Shown here: positions 36,092-44,135 of the stretch, piece by piece
Layout of the letters: each line of letters begins with the position of its first letter
Position numbering within the stretch: position 1 is the first letter of the stretch
Source: an uncultured Anaerolineales bacterium
Lineage (GTDB): Bacteria > Chloroflexota > Anaerolineae > Anaerolineales > UBA4823
Length of the DNA: 55,157 bases
Assembly (NCBI GenBank): GCA_903872065.1
Contig: CAIQJJ010000340.1
Location: forward strand, 1 to 55,157
Direction of reading: 5' to 3'
The notes under the pieces: model-generated
The model's input: only the letters and a program-made list of their open reading frames with translations
Database searches by the model: none
What the model was told of the DNA's origin: nothing
Made by a program: the position numbers and the translations under genes

Positions 36092-37436
36092 ACCCTCCGC
36101 GGATCGTTTGCCCAGCCTGCCGGGCGCGGCGGATTGTCCCTTGTGCGGCGGGATGGGCTATTTGCGCCAGGACCTGCCTCTGGGCCATCCTGAATTTGGC
36201 AAACTGCAAATTTGCTCCTGCCGCAGCACAGATGTCAGCCAGCAGGTGTACCGCCGGCTGTTTTCATTGAGTCGTCTGCATGAATTGCATCACCTCACCT
36301 TTGAGCAGTTTCAACCGCGTGGGCGCATCGGCATGCGCCCGGCGCAGGCGGATTCGTTGCAGGTGGCTTATAACCAGGCGCGCCAGTTTGCGCAAACGGC
36401 CAAGGGCTGGCTGCTGCTGCAAGGCGGCTATGGCTGCGGCAAGACTCACCTGGCGGCGGCGATTGGCAATTTTGCGGTAGGAATGGGGGTGCCAACCCTG
36501 TTTCTCACTGTGCCAGACCTGCTGGACACGCTGCGTTTTGCCTATGACGACCCCGAAGCGACATTTGAGCAGCGTTTTGAGGAGATTCGCAGCGCTCCCT
36601 TGTTAATCATGGATGATTTTGGCACCCAAAACGCGACCGCCTGGGCGCAGGAAAAGTTGTTTCAGATCATTAACTATCGCTATGTCAACCGCCTGCCTCT
36701 GGTAGTGACCACTAATTTGATGCTCGATCAAATCGAGGGGCGCATTCGCTCGCGCCTGGATGACCCTGACCTGGTGACGCGGGTAGCCATCCGCGCCCCC
36801 GATTTTCGCAACCCCACCAGTGAAATCGGGCGCAAAGACCTTTCTTCTCTCGAACTCCTGCACAAGTTCACTTTTGCCAACTTCGATTTGCGCCGCAGCG
36901 AGGACCTGGAAGTGCAGGAGGTCGCCAGCCTGGAGAAGGCGTTCAACGCCGCCGCCGAATTTGCCCGCCAACCCCAGGGCTGGCTGGTCTTTATTGGGGA
37001 TTATGGCTGCGGCAAGACCCACCTGGCAGCGGCGATTGCCAACTATCGCGCCGACCTGGGGATTTTGCCGCTCTTTGTCAACCTGCCGGATTTGATGAGT
37101 CACTTGCGGGCGACTTTTAGCGCCGGCAGCCCGGTGACGCTGGATCAGCGTTTCGAGGAAGTGCGCACTGCGCCAGTGCTGATCCTGGATGATTTGGGAT
37201 CCGAGTCATCCTCTCCCTGGGTCAGTGAAAAGCTCTATCAGTTGTTCAACTATCGCTACCTGGCCGAGCTGCCGACCGTTGTCACTACAGCCAATGTCGA
37301 AGAGAAGATGGACAAGCGCATCTACAGCCGCATGCAAGATAGCCGTTTGTGTCGTATCATAGCAATTACGGTTCCCTCCTATCGCGGCGGTACAGCGCAA
37401 AGCAAAGCCGCGCCGCGCAAGAAGCGGACGACCTGA
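36003..37436 (+). CDS. DnaC/DnaI-like helicase loader with an N-terminal Cys4 zinc ribbon and two tandem AAA+ modules
   Basis: Zinc ribbon CPLCGGMGYL ... CSC. Module 1: GGYGCGKTHLAAAIG (about 36421-36450) and LLIMDDFG. Module 2: GDYGCGKTHLAAAIA (about 36997-37026) and VLILDDLG. GTG start at 36003 has AGGAG at 35991-35995; the ORF opens at 35970. Confidence 0.8.
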   Translation: MTKSKPAPLIEETLRKIAAAATPTGKPLTEPSADRLPSLPGAADCPLCGGMGYLRQDLPLGHPEFGKLQICSCRSTDVSQQVYRRLFSLSRLHELHHLTFEQFQPRGRIGMRPAQADSLQVAYNQARQFAQTAKGWLLLQGGYGCGKTHLAAAIGNFAVGMGVPTLFLTVPDLLDTLRFAYDDPEATFEQRFEEIRSAPLLIMDDFGTQNATAWAQEKLFQIINYRYVNRLPLVVTTNLMLDQIEGRIRSRLDDPDLVTRVAIRAPDFRNPTSEIGRKDLSSLELLHKFTFANFDLRRSEDLEVQEVASLEKAFNAAAEFARQPQGWLVFIGDYGCGKTHLAAAIANYRADLGILPLFVNLPDLMSHLRATFSAGSPVTLDQRFEEVRTAPVLILDDLGSESSSPWVSEKLYQLFNYRYLAELPTVVTTANVEEKMDKRIYSRMQDSRLCRIIAITVPSYRGGTAQSKAAPRKKRTT

Positions 37437-37445
37437 CCAGGGGGC

Positions 37446-38189
37446 TTATTTGCCTGACGCCCGGCTGCTCCATTCTGCTACGCACTGCCGGATCAACTGC
37501 TTCACCTCCTCGTCTGGCACGGCATCAACCCCATCGTAACGATTGATCCCAACCACCACCTGCATACTGTGATCGAAGTTCTCGGCTAATTTGATGCCGC
37601 GGCTGGAGAGGGGCGTCCCTTCCAGTTTTTCTTGCAAAATATCGTTTACCTGCTCGACGATGCTTTTTTGCGCCGCCGGGGTTTTGCGCAGGGTGGGGTC
37701 TAGCGCGCGCTGCCAGAGATTGATCGGGTTAATCGAGGGCTTGGCGATCTTGGCCGGCTCCGCTGGCTGTGGGAAGAGCGAATCGACCTCGGCGCTCGGC
37801 GGCGTCGGGCGTGGTTCAGACATGGGGCGGGCAGGACTCGACTGCTCAATCGGCGGTGGCTGCCGGACAGGCTGCGGGGCGGCTGGTTTCTCCTCGCGCA
37901 CAGTCTGTGTGGGCAGTCCCAGCCAGGTCTGCAGGTCCAAGAGAAGGTTGTGCAGCGCATTGCGTTGGATATCGTTAAGCTGGATCGCATTTTGGATTGC
38001 CTGGCCCTCCATTTCAACGATCAGCAGTCCATTTTGGGGGTTGCGGCGCAGCAGAATGCCATCGGTCGTTTCGCTGCCGGCGGGGCCTTTTTTCTTCCCT
38101 TCTTCCCGCAGCGTTTGCAGGATGGTGCTGAGCAAGAAGCCTATCCCCGTACAGATGAAAATCAGGACGATCAAGCGAACGAAATCCAT
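37446..38189 (-). CDS. Hypothetical membrane-anchored protein with a Pro-rich central linker
   Basis: ATG 38189 (MDFVRLIVLIFICTGIGFLL) has GGAGGT at 38193-38198 on the minus strand. I recognise no family. Confidence 0.6.
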   Translation of the reverse strand: MDFVRLIVLIFICTGIGFLLSTILQTLREEGKKKGPAGSETTDGILLRRNPQNGLLIVEMEGQAIQNAIQLNDIQRNALHNLLLDLQTWLGLPTQTVREEKPAAPQPVRQPPPIEQSSPARPMSEPRPTPPSAEVDSLFPQPAEPAKIAKPSINPINLWQRALDPTLRKTPAAQKSIVEQVNDILQEKLEGTPLSSRGIKLAENFDHSMQVVVGINRYDGVDAVPDEEVKQLIRQCVAEWSSRASGK

Positions 38190-38209
38190 AAGACCTCCAA
38201 GTCTGAACC

Positions 38210-39010
38210 TTAGATTTTTTGGCAGATCGGGCAAAAATGCGTGCTGCGCTGGCCGATGATGATGCGTTCAATGGCTGCGCCGCAGGTGAAACAGGGCTGG
38301 CCGGCGCGCTGGTAAACACAAAAATGGTTTTGAAAATTTCCCCCGCGATAGACCCAGTCAATACTCGCTCCGTTACGGCGGATGCCCTCGTTCAGCACAC
38401 TGCGGAGTGCTGCCCACAACGCCTGGGCTTGATCGGCGCTGAGACGGTTGGTCAGAGCCAGGGGATGCAGCCTGGCCTGGTGCAGGCTTTCGTCGGCGTA
38501 GATATTGCCGACGCCGGCCAGAAAGCTCTGATCCAGCAGCAGCGGCTTGAGTTGGCGGCGGTGAGTCTGCAGGCGGGCGTAAAGCTCCGCGGCGGTGAAA
38601 GAGTCTGCCAGCGGCTCTGGCCCTAAGTGTTGAAATAGGCCCTCGGGATCAGATACCAACCAGACGCGCCCAAATTTGCGCGGGTCATGAAACGCCAGTG
38701 CATTTCCATCCGAGAGATGCAGAATCAGCCGGTCATGTTGGCTGGGCGGCGCTTCCAGCGGGCGGATGCGTAAATCGCCGCTCATGCGCAGATGGAAGAT
38801 CAGCCAATCTTGGGCCAGGCGCAGCCGCAAAAACTTGGCGCGCCGCCCGGTTTCCAAAATCGCCTGCCCCGTAATGCGGGCGATAAAGGCATCCACCTCT
38901 GGTTCAGCCAGGCTGCGTGCCCAATGGACGGAGGCGGCTACGATGGTTTTGCCGACCAGGGCCGGGCGCAAGAGGCGGGCGAAAGTTTCGATTTCAGGAA
39001 GTTCGGGCAT
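38210..39010 (-). CDS. mutM: Formamidopyrimidine-DNA glycosylase (Fpg/MutM)
   Basis: MPELPEIE N-terminus and the H2TH region. The C-terminal zinc finger is CFTCGAAIERIIIGQRSTHFCPICQ. Confidence 0.9.
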   Translation of the reverse strand: MPELPEIETFARLLRPALVGKTIVAASVHWARSLAEPEVDAFIARITGQAILETGRRAKFLRLRLAQDWLIFHLRMSGDLRIRPLEAPPSQHDRLILHLSDGNALAFHDPRKFGRVWLVSDPEGLFQHLGPEPLADSFTAAELYARLQTHRRQLKPLLLDQSFLAGVGNIYADESLHQARLHPLALTNRLSADQAQALWAALRSVLNEGIRRNGASIDWVYRGGNFQNHFCVYQRAGQPCFTCGAAIERIIIGQRSTHFCPICQKI

Positions 39011-39013
39011 CTT

Positions 39014-40177
39014 TTAGCCTCGTAAGAGACGAGCGACCGCTTCATGCGGCGATATTTGGCGCGTCAGCAATGCATTGGCGACGCTGCGGTAATACTCCTC
39101 GTCAACCGCCGCCCGCCAGCGGGCGATGAGCGCCTCGTGGAGCAGCGTCTCCAGATCGCTGGATAGGCGTTGGCGTTCGCGGCGCTGCCATTCGCCGCTT
39201 TCTTGCAGGTATTGGCGGTGCGCGGCGATCGCTTCGGCCAGTTCGGCAATGCCGAGGCTCTGGATGGCGACGGTGCGCCGGATGAGCGGCATCCATAACG
39301 GTATGTTTGGCGCAGTTTCCATTTGGCCGGGCGAGGCGAAGGGGCGGCTGGCTTCTGGAAAGGCGCGCCCAACCGGATGCGCCAATTCGAGCATATTGCG
39401 CAAGGCGCGCTCGGTGTTGTCTGCCCCGGGCTGATCCGCTTTGTTGATCACCAGAATGTCGGCGATCTCTAAGATGCCAGCTTTAATCGCCTGGATGTCG
39501 TCGCCGAGTCCCGGCGCTTCGATGACCAGGGTGGTGTGCGCCAGGCGGGCGATATCCACCTCCGCCTGGCCGGCGCCGACCGTTTCGATCAAGATCATCT
39601 CATAGCCGGCCGCGTCGAAGGCTTGCACCGCGCCGGCGGTTGCGGCGGAAAGGCCGCCCAAAGAGCCGCGCGCCGCCATCGAGCGGATAAAGACGCCGGC
39701 GTCGCCGGCCAGGTCGCGCATGCGCACCCGGTCGCCCAGGATCGCGCCGCCGCTGAACGGGCTGGAAGGGTCTACCGCAATGATGGCGACTTTGGGCCTG
39801 GCCGCGCCACTGCCGGTTTGGCGATAAAAGCGGGCGAGTTGATTGACCAGGGAAGATTTGCCCGTCCCTGGCGCGCCTGTCACCCCAATCAGGTGGGCGC
39901 GTCCGGTGTGGCGAAACAATTCGGCCAGCGCGGCGCGTCCAGAAGGCGTGTCATTCTCAATCTGCGTCAGCAGGCGCGCCAATGCCAGCCGGTCGCCAGT
40001 GAGGACAGAGGAAACAGTGGAGGCAGGTAGAGTCTGCAAGGCTGTTGGTTTGAGGCGAAGCGGCGCATCGGCTTGAAGCGCCGCCTGCGCCGGCCTATGC
40101 TTCGGCGGATGACTCGATCTGCGCCACAGCCTGGCGGATATCGCCGGCGATCTCGTCGGTGTTCGCGCCTGGCCCAT
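39014..40177 (-). CDS. meaB: Methylmalonyl-CoA mutase-associated G-protein chaperone MeaB/ArgK
   Basis: [14 protein letters not shown] and VINKAD. Start is uncertain: the ORF overlaps the upstream gene by 83 nt, and an in-frame TTG at 40039 is a possible shorter start. Confidence 0.8.
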   Translation of the reverse strand: MGQARTPTRSPAISARLWRRSSHPPKHRPAQAALQADAPLRLKPTALQTLPASTVSSVLTGDRLALARLLTQIENDTPSGRAALAELFRHTGRAHLIGVTGAPGTGKSSLVNQLARFYRQTGSGAARPKVAIIAVDPSSPFSGGAILGDRVRMRDLAGDAGVFIRSMAARGSLGGLSAATAGAVQAFDAAGYEMILIETVGAGQAEVDIARLAHTTLVIEAPGLGDDIQAIKAGILEIADILVINKADQPGADNTERALRNMLELAHPVGRAFPEASRPFASPGQMETAPNIPLWMPLIRRTVAIQSLGIAELAEAIAAHRQYLQESGEWQRRERQRLSSDLETLLHEALIARWRAAVDEEYYRSVANALLTRQISPHEAVARLLRG

Positions 40178-40514
40178 AGACGCCGCTGACGCCCAGCGCC
40201 AGCAACTGCGCTGTATCTTCGTCAGGGATGATCCCGCCGATGAAGACCCTCACATTTTCTTGTCCGTTGGCTTTCAATAGTTCCATCACGCGCGGGGCGA
40301 GCGTTAAATGCGCGCCGGAGAGGATGGATAGTCCAACCACGTCCACATCCTCCTGCAGGGCCGCCTCGGCGATCATTTCAGGGGTTTGGCGCAGCCCGGT
40401 ATAAATGACTTCCATACCGGCGTCGCGCAAGGCTCTCGCCACCACTTTGGCGCCGCGGTCATGCCCATCCAGGCCGGGTTTTGCTATCAATACACGGATT
40501 TTTCTTTCGCTCAT
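40095..40514 (-). CDS. Cobalamin-binding small subunit/domain of methylmalonyl-CoA mutase type
   Basis: [23 protein letters not shown] contains DxHxxG, in a Rossmann-like B12-binding domain of 139 aa. Confidence 0.85.
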   Translation of the reverse strand: MSERKIRVLIAKPGLDGHDRGAKVVARALRDAGMEVIYTGLRQTPEMIAEAALQEDVDVVGLSILSGAHLTLAPRVMELLKANGQENVRVFIGGIIPDEDTAQLLALGVSGVYGPGANTDEIAGDIRQAVAQIESSAEA

Positions 40515-40594
40515 GCTTGCTCCAAGAAATTAAAGATAGTGGATTATACCGCCTTAAGACCAGGTGATAGTTATCTTAGAAAAAGGAGCTTTCC

Positions 40595-41923
40595 TTGACT
40601 CTGCGCTTTGCCGGTGTTATGATGACTTGGAAGGACTTACGGAGACAATTAAGAATGTCAACCGACAAATATTTTGAAGAATTTCCTGAAGTAGATGGGG
40701 ATAGCGTCCAACGGGAAAAAACTCCCTCTGCCGCGCCGGCTGTTCAACCTGCCCGTACTCAAGAAAATCGCTTACTGGTTTTATGGGATGGATTGTCCCA
40801 TGCCGGGTTGGGCGAGGTGGTTTTTCGCGCCGGGACGCAAATCTTATCGGTCGCCCTGGTATTGGCGGTGATTTGGGCGCTGCGTGCCTTTTATCTGTAT
40901 ACAACCAATGTCAAAGAAAGCAATGCCGTCTCCCAGGCGGCTTTGGCGACTTCGCTGCCCACACCCACTGCTGCGCCGGAAGCTGAAGAGGTGGTGGATA
41001 TCCCTTTGCCGCCTCTCTCAGAGAATGTTTTTGCGGGCAGCCTGGGCATCGTCCGGCAGGTGACATGGCATACGATTATCCCCACCCGCCCGCGCACCCA
41101 GGTGATCACTTATACCGTGCAAAAGGATGATACCATTTTTGGCATCGCCCAAAGTTTCAATCTAAAGCCCGAAACGATTTTATGGGGCAATTACCTGACT
41201 TTGATTGATGATCCTCACCGTTTGCAGCCGGGGATGGTTTTGAATATTTTGCCGCTGGATGGGGTTTATCACAAGTGGTCAGCCGGCGAGGGGCTGAACG
41301 GCGTCGCGAAAGGCTATGGGGTTAAGCCAGAAGATATCATCGCCTGGGAAGGCAATCACCTTAGCGTTGAGAGCCTGGGCGACTGGCGCAACCCAAATAT
41401 CGAGGCGGGGACATTTCTGATCGTCCCCGGCGGTCACCGCGCCTTTGTCACCTGGAGCGCCCCGCTTGGACTGACGCGCAAAAACCCTGGCGTTGCCAAG
41501 ATGATGGGGCCTGGCGCGTGCGGCACAATCACCGAAGGCGCGGTGGGCAACGGATCGTTTATCTGGCCGGCGAACAATCATACTCTCTCCGGTTACGATT
41601 ATTCTCCCGGCACCAATCATCTCGGCGTTGATATTGCCGGCGCTTCTGGCGACCCGGTCTTTGCCGCAGATGGCGGGGTAGTGGTTTATTCGGGTTGGAA
41701 CAACTGGGGATATGGCTATGTTGTGGTGGTAGATCATGGCAACGGCTGGCAGACTCTTTATGCCCATTTGAGCGCCATCTACGCCGGCTGTGGGCAGAGT
41801 GTCTTCCAGGGCACCTCGATTGGCGCTTTTGGCAGTACGGGTAATTCCAGCGGGCCACACCTGCATTTCGAGATGATTAACAGCTCTTATGGCAAAGTAA
41901 ATCCCTGGGATTTCTTGCCATAG
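40595..41923 (+). CDS. Membrane-anchored LysM-domain M23 metallopeptidase
   Basis: TM helix ILSVALVLAVIWAL, LysM YTVQKDDTIFGIAQSFNL, and M23 HLGVDI ... VDHGNGWQTLYAHL ... GPHLHFEM. The TTG start has AGGAG at 40584-40588. Confidence 0.85.
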   Translation: MTLRFAGVMMTWKDLRRQLRMSTDKYFEEFPEVDGDSVQREKTPSAAPAVQPARTQENRLLVLWDGLSHAGLGEVVFRAGTQILSVALVLAVIWALRAFYLYTTNVKESNAVSQAALATSLPTPTAAPEAEEVVDIPLPPLSENVFAGSLGIVRQVTWHTIIPTRPRTQVITYTVQKDDTIFGIAQSFNLKPETILWGNYLTLIDDPHRLQPGMVLNILPLDGVYHKWSAGEGLNGVAKGYGVKPEDIIAWEGNHLSVESLGDWRNPNIEAGTFLIVPGGHRAFVTWSAPLGLTRKNPGVAKMMGPGACGTITEGAVGNGSFIWPANNHTLSGYDYSPGTNHLGVDIAGASGDPVFAADGGVVVYSGWNNWGYGYVVVVDHGNGWQTLYAHLSAIYAGCGQSVFQGTSIGAFGSTGNSSGPHLHFEMINSSYGKVNPWDFLP

Positions 41924-41966
41924 GCCAGGATGGTTGGACACTGAATAGAAATACGGATGGTTAAAC

Positions 41967-42002
41967 ACGCAGCGCTTTTCTCTCACAAGAAAAGCGCTGC
42001 GT
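41967..42002. terminator. Bidirectional terminator hairpin between convergent genes
   Basis: A perfect 15-bp stem (acgcagcgcttttct / agaaaagcgctgcgt) with loop ctcaca. T-rich sequence follows on the + strand. Confidence 0.7.
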
Positions 42003-42022
42003 CTTATTTGCGCCAGGAGTCT

Positions 42023-44017
42023 CTAATGCCGCTGGCGCGAAGACTTTTTCGTCTCTTTCGCGTTTTTAGGGGGAACGGATGGTTTGTTGGCGGCTATTTG
42101 CTGCATCCATTGCACCGCGCCGGGGGTGCGCTGCCAATATCTGAGGAAACTGGCGACATATTCAATAGCTTCACTTGCGCCGCCGAACTCAACCGTCTCA
42201 GGGAGTTGGTTGGGAATGCGCTTCTGCCCGCTCAGGTAAGCGGGGACATGTCCGTTCCAGCGCAAGGCTTCCTGCAAGAGGCGGTTGGCCTCGCTGCTGG
42301 CGCCCGAACGGCGGTATTCGAGCAAAGCTTTGGTATAGCCCCAGGCGGCGCGCGCATCATCGGAGTATGTTTGCAACAGGCCGCTCGCCTTGTCTTCCTG
42401 TCCCATTTCTAAAAACAAGGTGAGCAAGGAATAACGAACGCCCTGGTTATCTCCCGGATTCAACAGCAGCATTTCTGTGAAATGCTGCTGCGCCTCGACC
42501 AATTTTCCCATCTGCCACAAACAGTGCGCCAGGCCCTCGCGCGCCCGCATATAAGGGCGGGATTCCAGGATGGCCCAAAATTCGCCAGAATATTCTTTGA
42601 AAAATGCCTTGCCCAGAGCGCGTTCGCCGGCCTCAACGCCTTTGCGATACAGTTCGGCTGCCCGCCCTACCGTATCGGCCTCTTCTTCGGCCAGCAGCAC
42701 ATAGGCGTCGGCGCAGTCGGGCGACATGGCGAGCGCTTTGTGCGCCGCGGCGATCCGTTTGGCGGGATTGCGTTCCTCCCAGGCAGAGTACATCAAATCT
42801 TGCGCCTGGTCGAGCTTCGTCGCGCTGCTTTTCCCCACGATATTGCGGATCTGTCTTTCCATTCCGCGTCGATCGGGCAGGTCGAACTCCTCCTCATCGT
42901 CCAATTCGTCATCCTCTTCCATTTCCTCCTCGTCTTCTTCATCGTCGAGCAGTTCCCATTGTCCAGGATTGAGCGTTCGCCCTTCTGTGGGTAGTTCCCC
43001 GCCAGGGTACTTGATGGTAACATTGACCACGCCGTGGTGGGTTTCAATGGGGATGGTTACCTCAAGGGGATCAAAGCCGCCTTTTTGATCGGATTTTAAC
43101 TGCTCGCGAAAGGCAGGGATGGCCCACAAGGCTGCTTCATACCACAAAAGATCGTCTTTCGACGGGCGCAGCACTGCCTTGGAGCGGGTGTAAATGACTG
43201 GCATGGGGTAAGCCATCTCATCGGCGATTTCCCAGCGATAGGTTTCGATGGCATCCAGGTCGGCGAAAGGCAGCAGGTGCGGCGCATCGAAGTTGAGAGA
43301 ATGCCCGCCGCTCTCCGGCAGCACTTCATCAATCGAGTCGACGCCTTCGTACATACGCTCAAGATCGGCCCACTTTTTATACATTGCCACGCCATATTCC
43401 ATACCGGCGGCCCCCATCAATTGCACAAAACGCGGCGATTGTTCAGGAGGGACGGTGATGGCCAGCGGAAATTCCTCACTGAGGTCTCCCCACGGCGCGG
43501 CGCGGTAAAAGGCCGCTGCGGCTGCAAACAAGCCGCCGACCAGCTGCGGGGTAACCTCAGGGACTGAAAGCAGCCCGGCGATGTCCGGCGCATCCTGGTT
43601 CAAACTGGCTTCCAGGTCGCCGATCATCGCATTTAAAGCTTCCTGCGCCTCGTCAGGCAGAGTCGCCTGAGTGCTGGCGACTTCTAATGCTTGTAAGAGT
43701 TGTTCTAAGCTTTGCTGCAGCCCGTCGCTAAAAAGATGGATGCAGCGCGGGCGGCCAGCCTTGATTTTCGCACTGGGCAGAGGGGCGCGCATGGTCTTGG
43801 TTAAGAGTCCCATAATTTCCTGGGTTTCGGGCTTTTGAGGAAAAGTTTCAATCCCGATGGGGTTGCCCTCTTCCATATCCAACACCAGGCATATCCAGGG
43901 ACGGAAGAAAGTCTCCTCGTCTTCTGTAGCCCAGGCGCGTAGTTGGCGTAGGACACAGCCCCATTCGCGATCGGTTTGCGGCAGTTTGGCGGAGGAATTT
44001 TTAGATTTTGCAGCCAT
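42023..44017 (-). CDS. Two-part protein: unassigned N-terminal domain, poly-acidic linker and ST7-like TPR C-terminal domain
   Basis: ALAMSPDCADAYVLLAEEEADT ... AELYRKGVEAGE closely resembles the eukaryotic ST7 motif INPECA.AY.LLAEEEA, recalled from memory. The acidic run is DDEEDEEEMEEDDELDDEEEFD. Confidence 0.6.
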   Translation of the reverse strand: MAAKSKNSSAKLPQTDREWGCVLRQLRAWATEDEETFFRPWICLVLDMEEGNPIGIETFPQKPETQEIMGLLTKTMRAPLPSAKIKAGRPRCIHLFSDGLQQSLEQLLQALEVASTQATLPDEAQEALNAMIGDLEASLNQDAPDIAGLLSVPEVTPQLVGGLFAAAAAFYRAAPWGDLSEEFPLAITVPPEQSPRFVQLMGAAGMEYGVAMYKKWADLERMYEGVDSIDEVLPESGGHSLNFDAPHLLPFADLDAIETYRWEIADEMAYPMPVIYTRSKAVLRPSKDDLLWYEAALWAIPAFREQLKSDQKGGFDPLEVTIPIETHHGVVNVTIKYPGGELPTEGRTLNPGQWELLDDEEDEEEMEEDDELDDEEEFDLPDRRGMERQIRNIVGKSSATKLDQAQDLMYSAWEERNPAKRIAAAHKALAMSPDCADAYVLLAEEEADTVGRAAELYRKGVEAGERALGKAFFKEYSGEFWAILESRPYMRAREGLAHCLWQMGKLVEAQQHFTEMLLLNPGDNQGVRYSLLTLFLEMGQEDKASGLLQTYSDDARAAWGYTKALLEYRRSGASSEANRLLQEALRWNGHVPAYLSGQKRIPNQLPETVEFGGASEAIEYVASFLRYWQRTPGAVQWMQQIAANKPSVPPKNAKETKKSSRQRH

Positions 44018-44135
44018 TGTTTTTTTGCTCCTGATTAAGGCCCAGGAGTATGTCCCTGCGGGCCCATGGTTGGTGAAAATGATTGAAATGGGCGTTTAAG
44101 CCTTCGCCCATGTAGATTATAATACAACGACGCTT

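Noticed and set aside
33999-37436. A prophage replication module
   Set aside because: No phage regulatory, structural, lysis or integration genes are present on either side. I treated it as chromosomal pending a whole-genome check.
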